Part shown: piece by piece, positions 40,770-48,914 of the stretch
Layout: each line of letters starts with the position of its first letter
Numbering within the stretch: position 1 is the stretch's first letter
DNA from: Kiritimatiellia bacterium
GTDB lineage: Bacteria; Verrucomicrobiota; Kiritimatiellia; JAAZAB01
NCBI GenBank assembly: GCA_040767085.1
Contig: JAXGPF010000014.1
Span: forward strand, 83,434 to 147,433
Direction of reading: 5' to 3'
DNA: 64,000 bases
Program-made: the position numbers and the translations under genes
Notes under the pieces: model-generated
The model's database searches: none
Told to the model about the DNA's origin: nothing
Seen by the model: only the letters and a program-made list of their open reading frames with translations

Positions 40770-41954
40770 TTATGCGACGTCCTCCAGCGACGCCGAAATG
40801 TTCAACGGTCCTTGGTAGCGGCCAACCACATGCGGGCCATAACGGATGGACACCGTGCCATCGAGGTGCTCGCAGACTTTAACCCGGCACTTGGCGAAGC
40901 TGAAACGCCATTTTGATGGTCCAATCTGCAAGCGGCGACTCCCGACAGCCACGGTATTGTCATTTTGAACCTCTCGCGCATGCTGCACACAGAAAATGCT
41001 GTCCAAATCCTGCTCACCGCAAGGCACGAAACACGTTCCTGTTTCCCGCGCCTTCACCTTCATGTTGCGATTGAAGGAAGGCAGAAACTGTTGTTGAATA
41101 TAGACGTTGGCCTCGGCCATCGTCCGGATTCCCGCCTGCCTTAATTCCTGCGGCAGGCGCCCTTGCCAGGTCTTAAACATCCGCTCTATTCGCCCACGTC
41201 CCTGGGGGCTATAGCTCGGAATATGTTCGATCCCCAACTGTTGCAACGCCCGTCCAATTTGCGTCAATTGACGCCGGTCCACCGCCCCGCCTTCTTTGGG
41301 CGTATAAAAGAAATGACTGCCACGATCCGTGTACAGACTGCAGAAAACCCCATGTTTAATAATGACTTCTTTCAACCCCTTCATCACCGTTAATGTCCCT
41401 TCCTGGGGCACAAGATAGGCCGTGTAGACTTCGCTGGTGGCATCGTCCATCACCAGGATCAGATCCTGCTTCTGGCCCGCCAGCAGGGGCAACCAGGCAT
41501 GGGTGCTGCCATCCACCATCAACATCATCCCCGCCATTGGTCGCCGTTCCCGCTGCTGCCGATGCGGCCCTCGTTTCCGGGCCTTCGCCACCAACCCGGC
41601 CGTCTGCAAGGCGCTCTTGACCCACTGATAACTGAGCTCGATCCCATGCTCCGCCTGCAGCTTCTCGTGAAAATGCCTCACATTGAAATCCATGTATTCT
41701 TCTCGGTACAACCTCAGCACCTGCTTCACCGTCGCAAGGGGCACGCGCCGCGGCCCCGGTATCTTCCGCCGACGATCCAGCAGCCCGTCGTAACCATACC
41801 GCTCGTAGCGCCCTTTCCAGCGCCGCATGGTCCGGTAGCTCACACCTAGTATCTCCGCCGCCTCCCACCACATTAACCGCCCTTCAATCGCACGCAAGAT
41901 CACTTCCTGTACCTTCATTGCCCGCTCCAGTGCTGCCTTCGGATATTCATCCAT
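40770..41954 (-). CDS. IS1202/IS481-like DDE transposase
   Basis: N-terminal HTH (EAAEILGVSYRTMRRW); DGSTHAW, VMDDATS, LYTDRGSHF, SPQGRGRIERMFKTWQGRL. Confidence 0.95.
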   Translation of the reverse strand: MDEYPKAALERAMKVQEVILRAIEGRLMWWEAAEILGVSYRTMRRWKGRYERYGYDGLLDRRRKIPGPRRVPLATVKQVLRLYREEYMDFNVRHFHEKLQAEHGIELSYQWVKSALQTAGLVAKARKRGPHRQQRERRPMAGMMLMVDGSTHAWLPLLAGQKQDLILVMDDATSEVYTAYLVPQEGTLTVMKGLKEVIIKHGVFCSLYTDRGSHFFYTPKEGGAVDRRQLTQIGRALQQLGIEHIPSYSPQGRGRIERMFKTWQGRLPQELRQAGIRTMAEANVYIQQQFLPSFNRNMKVKARETGTCFVPCGEQDLDSIFCVQHAREVQNDNTVAVGSRRLQIGPSKWRFSFAKCRVKVCEHLDGTVSIRYGPHVVGRYQGPLNISASLEDVA

Positions 41955-42052
41955 ATAACCCCCCTTTGAATGCACCATCCTGACAGCTTTAAGCGGACAA
42001 ATCATTTGTTAATTATGCGGCCAAGTCATTTGTTTACGACATTAACCAGAAA

Positions 42053-42116
42053 TTGACTTGCCTGCCTGGCGGTGATATGTTATGCGAAATATCGCGTTTG
42101 TATGGCGAATAGTCGC
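42053..42116 (+). promoter_or_regulatory. Sigma70-like promoter of the activator gene plus two GCGA-N4-TCGC palindromes (candidate enhancer sites)
   Basis: TTGACT (42053-42058), 17 bp, TATGTT (42076-42081); GCGAAATATCGC at 42084 and GCGAATAGTCGC at 42105, 21 bp apart. Confidence 0.55.
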
Positions 42117-42168
42117 GTTGACGTTTTTTATCGCAGTTTGTTTTGGTTGGTTCGAAGGAGCGGTTAGT

Positions 42169-43722
42169 ATGGAAATTGATCGTGATGAATTTTTCCGCGA
42201 GGTGACCTTGCGGGTCAGCAGCAGCCTGGACATAGTGGAGGCGCTGCGGAATCTGTTGGATTATCTGCAGCAGTTTATTCCCGTGGATACCATCGGGCTG
42301 CATCGGATTGACATGGAGCGCCGGAGCATTTTTGCCGTCGCGGAAGTGGCGCGCAGCGGCGCCGCGAAGCTGGTGCAGGAGGATTTCCAGGAATTTCCGA
42401 TAGATGCGGAGTTCCAGGCGTTGATCCAGCATGCGCGTGAAAGCAATCAACTGGTCACCATCAATAATAACGCCGAAACATTGCCGGCCTCGGTGCGGAA
42501 TTGTTTTCCTCATTTGATTACGCGTTCGGTGATCGGGTTGCATTTAAGCATCAAGGATGAGAATATCGGCGGCTTGGTGCTTTCCTCTGAAGGCCGCAAC
42601 CGGTACACCGACCGGCATGCCGTTCTGCTGGGGCAGGTCAAGGAGCCGATTTCGCTGGCCATGAGCAATGCCTGGCGGTTTCGGGAGTTGGAGCGGCTCC
42701 GGGACCAGTTGGCTGAGGAAAACCGCGCGCTATCCCTGGAAATGGAGCGCGCGGCCGGGGTGCAGGTGGTAGGCGTCGATTTCGGCCTGGCGCAGGTGAT
42801 GGAAATGGCGCGGCGGGTGGCGCCCATGACCAGCCCGGTGCTGCTGCTGGGCGAAACGGGCACAGGCAAGGAAGTCATCGCCAATATCATCCATCTGTTA
42901 TCGCCGCGCAACCAGGCGCCGATGGTCCGGGTGCAATGCGGGGCCATACCGGAAACGCTGCTGGACAGCGAACTTTTCGGCCATGACAAGGGCGCTTTTA
43001 CCGGAGCCATCGAGCGCAAGCGGGGCCGTTTTGAGCGCGCGGCTGGCGGCACGATTTTCCTGGATGAAATCGGCGAGTTATCGGCCGAAGCGCAAGTCAA
43101 AATGCTGCGCGTATTGCAGGACCATCAATTCGAACGCGTCGGCGGCACGGAAACCCTGACTGCCGACGTCCGGGTGATCGCCGCGACGCACCGCGACCTG
43201 GCGCAGATGGTCCGGGCCGGACGGTTCCGCGAGGATTTGTGGTACCGGCTGAACGTCTTCCCCATTCAAATTCCGCCGCTGCGCATGCGCCGCCAGGACA
43301 TTCCCCCGCTGATCCATCATTTCGTGAAGCGCAAGGCCCGCGAAATGAATCTGGACCGCACGCCGCCGGTCGCCCCCGCGGATATTGCGCGGCTGCAGGC
43401 CTATGAATGGCCGGGCAATGTGCGCGAGCTGCAGAACATCATCGAGCGGGCCATTATTCAAAACCGGGGCGGACCGTTGTTTTTCCCGCCGCTGGGCGCG
43501 CCCCTGGCGCCGCCGCCGGCGGGCGTGGCGGCGCCGGCGCCGGACCAGTTGCTGACGTTGGATGCCGTGGCGGCGGAACACATCCGGCGGACGCTGGCCG
43601 CCGCCGGCGGGCGCGTCGCAGGACGGGGCGGGGCGGCGGAAATGTTGGGTATTAATCCCAGCACTTTGCGGTCGCGGATGAAAAAGCTCGGCATCCGTAT
43701 TGCGCGCGCCTGCTCTCCCTGA
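42169..43722 (+). CDS. Sigma54-dependent enhancer-binding protein (GAF-AAA+-HTH, FhlA-like)
   Basis: RBS AAGGAG before ATG 42169; GETGTGKE, GAFTGA, FLDEIGEL, FREDLWYRLNVFPI, WPGNVRELQN, GAAEMLGINPSTLRSRMKKLGI. Confidence 0.95.
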   Translation: MEIDRDEFFREVTLRVSSSLDIVEALRNLLDYLQQFIPVDTIGLHRIDMERRSIFAVAEVARSGAAKLVQEDFQEFPIDAEFQALIQHARESNQLVTINNNAETLPASVRNCFPHLITRSVIGLHLSIKDENIGGLVLSSEGRNRYTDRHAVLLGQVKEPISLAMSNAWRFRELERLRDQLAEENRALSLEMERAAGVQVVGVDFGLAQVMEMARRVAPMTSPVLLLGETGTGKEVIANIIHLLSPRNQAPMVRVQCGAIPETLLDSELFGHDKGAFTGAIERKRGRFERAAGGTIFLDEIGELSAEAQVKMLRVLQDHQFERVGGTETLTADVRVIAATHRDLAQMVRAGRFREDLWYRLNVFPIQIPPLRMRRQDIPPLIHHFVKRKAREMNLDRTPPVAPADIARLQAYEWPGNVRELQNIIERAIIQNRGGPLFFPPLGAPLAPPPAGVAAPAPDQLLTLDAVAAEHIRRTLAAAGGRVAGRGGAAEMLGINPSTLRSRMKKLGIRIARACSP

Positions 43723-43734
43723 TGCCGGCGCCGT

Positions 43735-44730
43735 TCAACTTTCCGGCCGCGCGTCCCGTTCCAGCAGACTGCGGACGGCTTCCCGGGGCGTGGTTTGCCC
43801 GTGGATCAGGGCATGGACTTCGTCAATGATCGGTGTGCGGACGCGGTGTTCCCTTCCCAGCCGGCGGGCCGTGGCGCAGGTTGTAACGCCCTCGGCCACC
43901 TGGGCCATGCCGCCGGTGATCTGCTGGATGGTTTCGCCTTTGCCCAGGCGTTCGCCCACCGTCCGGTTGCGGCTCAGGCGGCTGGTGCAGGTGACGATCA
44001 GGTCGCCCATGCCGCTCAACCCCGCAAATGTTTCCCGGCGCGCGCCCAGGGCGCAGCCCAGCCGGGTCATTTCCACCAGGCCGCGGGTAATCAGGGCCGC
44101 GCGGGTGTTATCGCCGAATCCCAGGCCATCGCCGGCGCCCACCGCCAGGGCGATGACGTTCTTCAGCGCGCCGCCCAATTCCACGCCGATGATGTCGCTG
44201 GAAGTATAAATCCGGAACCGCGGCCCCATGAAGACCTTTTGCAGCCTCCGGGCCAGCGGGTCCGGGCCGGCGATCACCGCGGCCGTGGGCATTTGCCGCG
44301 CCACTTCGTCCGCCAGGCTGGGGCCGGACAAGGCTGCCAGGGGGTGGTTCGGGAAAAATTCCGCGGCCAGCTCGGTCAGGCGCCGTCCGGTTTCGGCGTC
44401 CAGTCCCTTGCTGACGCTCAGCAAGGGGCAATCATCGGGCAAGCGTCCGCGGAAGCGGTCGAAGACGGCGCGGCAGAATTTAGACGGCACCGCCAGCACG
44501 ATCAGGTCGGCATCCGCAGCCGCGGCATCGATGTCAGAGGTCCAGGCCAATTCCGGCGGCAGTTTAATGCCCGGCAGGTAAAGCTGGTTTTCGCCGCTTG
44601 TTTGTATTTTGCCAATGACCTCGGGGAAGGGGCCCCACAGGCGCACGTGCCGGCCCTGCTGGTGCAGGTGCAGTCCCAGGGCCGTGCCCCAACCGCCATC
44701 GCCGATGATGGTTATATTTTGCATGGTCAT
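43735..44730 (-). CDS. gpsA: NAD(P)H-dependent glycerol-3-phosphate dehydrogenase
   Basis: IIGDGGWGTAL, LSGPSLA, GVELGGALKNVIA, GDLIVTC.SRLSRN. Confidence 0.97.
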   Translation of the reverse strand: MTMQNITIIGDGGWGTALGLHLHQQGRHVRLWGPFPEVIGKIQTSGENQLYLPGIKLPPELAWTSDIDAAAADADLIVLAVPSKFCRAVFDRFRGRLPDDCPLLSVSKGLDAETGRRLTELAAEFFPNHPLAALSGPSLADEVARQMPTAAVIAGPDPLARRLQKVFMGPRFRIYTSSDIIGVELGGALKNVIALAVGAGDGLGFGDNTRAALITRGLVEMTRLGCALGARRETFAGLSGMGDLIVTCTSRLSRNRTVGERLGKGETIQQITGGMAQVAEGVTTCATARRLGREHRVRTPIIDEVHALIHGQTTPREAVRSLLERDARPES

Positions 44731-45365
44731 TTTGATTTCCGGAATTGAAACCGGTTTTCCGTGCCGGCGCGCAAGCGCTGGATGTTAGATTTATGCCGCC
44801 AGATGATCACCGCGCCCAGCACGGTCAGCAGCAGCGCCGTCGGCCAGGCCGCCAGGAACCAACCGGCGCCGGCCGCTGCGCCGACGGCGGCGATGGAAGC
44901 CACGGATACATAGCGCGTGGCCAGGAACACCAGCAGCCAGGTCAGCAAGCCCGCGCCGATGGCGGCGGGCGCCAACGCCAGGAGCGCGCCCGCGCTGGTG
45001 GCGACGCCCTTGCCGCCTTTAAACTTCAGGTAAATCGGCCAGTTATGGCCGGCTACCGCCAGGCCGGCGCAGGCTATCGCCAGGCCGGCGATGGAAATAT
45101 TCTCCGGGCTAAAGCGCGCTGCCAGTGCCGGGAAAAAATACGCCGGCAGAAATCCTTTCAGCGCATCGCAGAAGAACGTAAGGATGCCCCAGCCCTTGCC
45201 GATGGATCGAAATACGTTGGTGGCCCCGATATTGCCGCTGCCGACCCGGCGGATATCCACGCCGCGGAGCCGGGCGATCAGCCAGCCGAACGGGATGGCG
45301 CCGACCAGGTAAGCCGCCAAACCGGTGAAGATATACCAGAGCGCAATATATTGCATTGTCGTCAT
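44727..45365 (-). CDS. plsY: Glycerol-3-phosphate acyltransferase PlsY
   Basis: YLVGAIPFG, DIRRVGSGNIGATNVFR, DALKG, GHNWPIYLKFKGGKGVATSAG, HKSNIQRL..GTE. Start 45365 or 45356. Confidence 0.97.
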   Translation of the reverse strand: MTTMQYIALWYIFTGLAAYLVGAIPFGWLIARLRGVDIRRVGSGNIGATNVFRSIGKGWGILTFFCDALKGFLPAYFFPALAARFSPENISIAGLAIACAGLAVAGHNWPIYLKFKGGKGVATSAGALLALAPAAIGAGLLTWLLVFLATRYVSVASIAAVGAAAGAGWFLAAWPTALLLTVLGAVIIWRHKSNIQRLRAGTENRFQFRKSK

Positions 45366-45514
45366 AAGCGTAAACGGCGTCAAATGCGGCCGTATTTGTA
45401 AGTAGTGTATCGCAATGGAGGAGTATTTCAAAGCAAAATACGCGTCCTTGCGGATGTTCGGGAGGGCCTGGGTGGGGCGGGCTCCATCCGGCAAGGCAGG
45501 CGGAACGCCTGCAC

Positions 45515-45706
45515 ATCCGGATGTAGTGGCGCCACTGCGTGGCGCATTTCCGGATGCCGCACGCAGTGCGGCTACTACAGAAGAAGGGATCGGATCCGGA
45601 TGTAGTGGCGCCACTGCGTGGCGCATTCCGGATGCCGAACACCGTTCGGCTACTACAGAAGAGGGGAGCCGGGTGCCGCACACAGTGCGGCCGCTACGGA
45701 AGAAGG
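45515..45706. repeat. REP/BIME-like cluster: two 79-bp units plus a partial third
   Basis: ATCCGGATGTAGTGGCGCCACTGCGTGGCGCATT at 45515 and 45594, each followed by an inverted GCCG..CGGCTACTAC palindrome; GTAG feet. Confidence 0.85.
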
Positions 45707-45756
45707 GAAACTGGCGACACTGGAGCGCTTGTGCGCTGACGCCGCTGTAATGACGG

Positions 45757-47100
45757 CTACACCACGCCCTGATCGAGCATGGCGTTGGCGACTTTCCTGA
45801 AGCCGGCGATATTGGCGCCCTTGACGTAGTCCACCCAGCCGTCGTCCGCCCTGCCGTATTGCACGCAAGCGGCGTGGATGGCGCGCATGATTTCCTGAAG
45901 CCGGCGGTCAACCTCATCGCGCGGCCAGGACAAATGCATGGCATTTTGCGACATTTCCAGTCCGGAAGTCGCCACCCCGCCGGCATTGGCGGCCTTGCCG
46001 GGGCCGTACATGATCCTGGCGGCCAAAAATACATCCACGCCCTCGGCGGAGGTAGGCATGTTGGCGCCTTCGCACACGCACACGCAGCCCTGTTTGACCA
46101 GCGTCCGCGCGTCATCTGCCGTGATTTCGTTCTGGGTGGCGCAAGGGAAGGCCAGTTGGCAGGGGATGCGCCAGGGCGTTTGACCGGCCAGGAATTGGGC
46201 GCGGGGAAATTTTTGCGCGTATTCCGCCGCGCGCCCGCGCCGGATATTCTTCAATTCGATCAGCCAGGCCAGTTTCTCCCCGTCAATGCCGTCCGGATCG
46301 TAAATCGTGCCGGCCGAATCGGAGATGGTCAACACCCTGGCGCCGTTTTGCAGAAGCTTTTCGATGGTATATTGCGCCACATTGCCGGAACCGGAAACCA
46401 GCGCGGTTTTGCCGGCGAGTTGTTCGTGGCGGAGCGCGAGCATTTCCGCGGCGAAATACACCAGGCCGTAGCCGGTGGCTTCCTTGCGGACCAGCGAACC
46501 GCCCCAGCCCAGGCCCTTGCCGGTCAGCACGCCGCTGAAATCGCGGGTGAGTTTCTTGTACTGGCCGAACAGGTAGCCGATTTCGCGGGCGCCCACGCCG
46601 ATGTCGCCGGCCGGGACGTCGGTATTGGGTCCGAGGTGGCGGAAAAGTTCGTTCATGAACGACTGGCAGAACCGCATCACTTCGCCGTCGCTCTTGCCGT
46701 GCGGGTCGAAATCGGCGCCGCCTTTGCCGCCGCCCATGGGGAGGGTGGTGAGCGAATTTTTAAAGGTCTGTTCGAATGCCAGGAATTTCAGGATGCTCAG
46801 GTTGACCGAAGCGTGGAAGCGCAAGCCGCCCTTGTAGGGGCCGAGGGCGGAGTTCATTTCCACGCGGAAACCGCGGTTGATTTGCACCGCGCCCTGGTCG
46901 TCCACCCACGGCACGCGGAACATAATGACGCGTTCGGGTTCGACCAGGCGTTCGAGGATTTTTTCCGCCTTGTAAGCGGGGGTGGCCTCGACGATCGGCA
47001 TGATGCTGCCCAGCACTTCGCGCAGGGCCTGGAGAAATTCCGGCTCGCCGGGATTGCGGGCCCGGATCTGCTCCATGAAGGCATGGATGGAGTCGCGCAT
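45757..47100 (-). CDS. gdhA: NADP-specific glutamate dehydrogenase
   Basis: GPYKGGLRFH, KFLAFEQTFKNSLT, MGGGKGG, DVPAGDIGVG, SGSGNVAQ, EGANMP, KAANAGGVATSGLEM. Confidence 0.97.
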   Translation of the reverse strand: MRDSIHAFMEQIRARNPGEPEFLQALREVLGSIMPIVEATPAYKAEKILERLVEPERVIMFRVPWVDDQGAVQINRGFRVEMNSALGPYKGGLRFHASVNLSILKFLAFEQTFKNSLTTLPMGGGKGGADFDPHGKSDGEVMRFCQSFMNELFRHLGPNTDVPAGDIGVGAREIGYLFGQYKKLTRDFSGVLTGKGLGWGGSLVRKEATGYGLVYFAAEMLALRHEQLAGKTALVSGSGNVAQYTIEKLLQNGARVLTISDSAGTIYDPDGIDGEKLAWLIELKNIRRGRAAEYAQKFPRAQFLAGQTPWRIPCQLAFPCATQNEITADDARTLVKQGCVCVCEGANMPTSAEGVDVFLAARIMYGPGKAANAGGVATSGLEMSQNAMHLSWPRDEVDRRLQEIMRAIHAACVQYGRADDGWVDYVKGANIAGFRKVANAMLDQGVV

Positions 47101-47106
47101 ATGCAA

Positions 47107-48195
47107 TCAGCGCTGAACGCGGGCATTGCCTTTCCAGATGCTCCAGACCTGGTCTTCGTCGGCCGGCTGGGCGTAATCGGTCAGGTGCGTGGTGGCCAGC
47201 GCGCCGCAAGCCCATGCGAATTGAATCCACTGCTCCGGCTCCCATCCCTTGAGAATTGCGTAGAGCATCCCGCCGACGAATCCATCGCCGCCGCCGATCC
47301 GGTCCAGGACGGTGATCTCGCGCGGCTCGACCACATTCCAGGCCGATCCGGCGGACATGATGGCGCCCCAGAGATGGCGGTTGGCGTTCACCACCTCGCG
47401 CAGCGTCGTGCCGAAGGCCGATGCGTTGGGATAGGCCTTTTTGACTCGCTCGATCATGCCCTTGAATCCGTCAATCTTGGCCGCCAGCCCCTTGCCGCCG
47501 GCTTCGGGGCCTTCAATCCCAAGGCAAAGCTGAAAATCTTCCTCGTTGCCGACCAGGAAATCGGCCACGCCGGCGATTTCCGCGAAGATGCGGCGCAGTT
47601 CCGTCTCGCGCCCTTTCCAGAAGGTGGCCCGGTAATTCAAATCGAAGGCAATCCGCGTGCTGTATTTTTTCGCCGCGCGCGCCAACTCCAGGCAGAAATT
47701 GCCCGTCTCCGGCGAAAGCGCGGCGATCAGGCCGGAGAGATGCACGATTTGCACGCCTTCCTGTCCGAAAATCCGGTCCAAATCGAAATCCTTGACGTTC
47801 AAGGTCCGGCCGACTTCGCCGGCGCGGTCGTTATGCACGCGCGGTCCGCGCGAACCGTAACCGCTGTCGGCAATGTTGAATTGGTGGCGGTAACCCCAGG
47901 GACCGCCCTGGGGGACTTCCGGCCCCTCGTAGGACATATGGCGGCCGGCCAGGTTATCCTTGATGAACCGGGCGATCGGGCTGTCCTTGACGAAGGTGGT
48001 CAGCACCTTGACCGGCAGACCGAGGTAGGCGGCCACGCTGGCTACGTTGGTTTCCGCGCTGGTGGCCTGCATGTGGAAGGTGTCGCTGCAATGCACCGGC
48101 TGCCCGTTGACGGGCGTGATGCGCACCCCCATGCTGGTGGGCACGAGCAGGGCGGTGGCGCAGTTGGAACGCAATTCGATTTTTTTAGTGGACAT
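47107..48195 (-). CDS. kdgK: PfkB-family sugar kinase, 2-dehydro-3-deoxygluconokinase-like
   Basis: SAETNVA, FDLNYRATFW, GNEEDFQ, TTLREV, LDRIGGGDGF. Confidence 0.85.
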   Translation of the reverse strand: MSTKKIELRSNCATALLVPTSMGVRITPVNGQPVHCSDTFHMQATSAETNVASVAAYLGLPVKVLTTFVKDSPIARFIKDNLAGRHMSYEGPEVPQGGPWGYRHQFNIADSGYGSRGPRVHNDRAGEVGRTLNVKDFDLDRIFGQEGVQIVHLSGLIAALSPETGNFCLELARAAKKYSTRIAFDLNYRATFWKGRETELRRIFAEIAGVADFLVGNEEDFQLCLGIEGPEAGGKGLAAKIDGFKGMIERVKKAYPNASAFGTTLREVVNANRHLWGAIMSAGSAWNVVEPREITVLDRIGGGDGFVGGMLYAILKGWEPEQWIQFAWACGALATTHLTDYAQPADEDQVWSIWKGNARVQR

Positions 48196-48217
48196 ATCGA
48201 TCCTTTCGCAATGGGTA

Positions 48218-48261
48218 ATAAGTTGAAATCAACTTATATCATTTAATAATGCCATAAGCAA
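48218..48261 (-). promoter_or_regulatory. Promoter with overlapping perfect palindromic operator upstream of the kdgK-like gene
   Basis: ATAAGTTGA-AA-TCAACTTAT (48218-48237) overlaps -10 TATAAG (48233-48238); -35 TTGCTT (48256-48261); 17-bp spacer. Confidence 0.7.
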
Positions 48262-48444
48262 GCCCGATATATGCCGCGCCGGCGTCGGGCTTCCGTTGTT
48301 CCAGCGGAATTCGCCTTGCTGAACAAAAGGATTATGTTAGTTTGGACCGCGCACGGCATATCCCCCGGGAAAGGCCGGCAGACGGCCGGCAAATTACAGG
48401 CGGAGTTGTACCATAGGCATTGCACAGGATAGACGACCATATTT

Positions 48445-48906
48445 ATGACCACCAACACAACGGAACAGAAAACGCCGCCGGTGCCGGCCGACCACCCGCG
48501 CGGCGCCATACATGAGCTTTTGCGCCGCGGCGACCGGGAAGCCGCCGAACTTTTCCAGCGGCTGGTGCGTGAGCGCCGGCATGATCCGGCCGGCCTGCGC
48601 CGGATGCGGATTCTGTTTCAGGAACAGTCTTTTGAAACCGTGGCGAAGCCGGCGGAGGAATTGTTCGACATCCGGACTGCAACACCGGAATTTCCGGAAT
48701 ATGCGCCGATCGTCAATTCGGAAATTTGCGCCGGCTGCGGAGAGCAATTCATGGGGACCAAGCGCGCGGCCGGCCGGGATGCGCCCACTTGTTTGACCTG
48801 CGCCCAGGCCGATTGCCTGGCAGTGCTGGGCCGCGGCATCTGCGTGCTGCGCGGCGGGGGATACCCCCCCCGCGACCTGATGGACTCCCGGCGGCTTGAC
48901 GCATGA
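48445..48906 (-). other. Strand note: no credible minus-strand gene here; the coding feature is on + (next entry)
   Basis: Minus-strand ORFs 48394..48747, 48443..48685 and 48618..48839 are shadows of the + strand ORF. Confidence 0.3.
48445..48906 (+). CDS. FmdE/FwdE C-terminal-like protein with C4 zinc finger, lacking the N-terminal FmdE domain
   Basis: PAEELFDI..PEYAPIVNSEICAGCGEQFM..TCLTCA..LGRGI resembles FmdE C-termini; no FHGH-C-P N-terminal motif. Confidence 0.65.
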   Translation: MTTNTTEQKTPPVPADHPRGAIHELLRRGDREAAELFQRLVRERRHDPAGLRRMRILFQEQSFETVAKPAEELFDIRTATPEFPEYAPIVNSEICAGCGEQFMGTKRAAGRDAPTCLTCAQADCLAVLGRGICVLRGGGYPPRDLMDSRRLDA

Positions 48907-48914
48907 CCCAGCGG

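Larger units (their letters stand above)
40656..42041 (-). mobile_element. IS1202-family (formerly ISNCY) insertion sequence, 1386 bp, 16-bp target duplication
   Basis: TSD TTAACCAGAAATTGAC at 40640-40655 and 42042-42057; ends TGT...ACA; two tandem subterminal repeats at each end (TAACAAGT.A..TGTCCG / CGG.CAA.TCATTTGTT). Confidence 0.93.

Noticed and set aside
40640-42057. Xer/dif-site-targeting IS1202 subgroup
   Set aside because: That subgroup has short (5-6 bp) duplications next to XerC/D sites; here the duplication is 16 bp and no dif-like site is evident.
45515-45706. CRISPR array or tRNA-like element
   Set aside because: Units are paired palindromes without unique spacers and have no cloverleaf or T-loop motifs.
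44727-46115. 462-aa PlsY with long N-terminal extension
   Set aside because: The extension runs through the REP cluster and overlaps gdhA out of frame; PlsY homology starts near 45365.
45859-48246. 795-aa + strand ORF
   Set aside because: Antisense shadow of gdhA and the kdgK-like gene in GC-rich DNA; the same applies to 14008..15252, 29342..30595, 36112..37389, 57770..58969 and 60276..62027.
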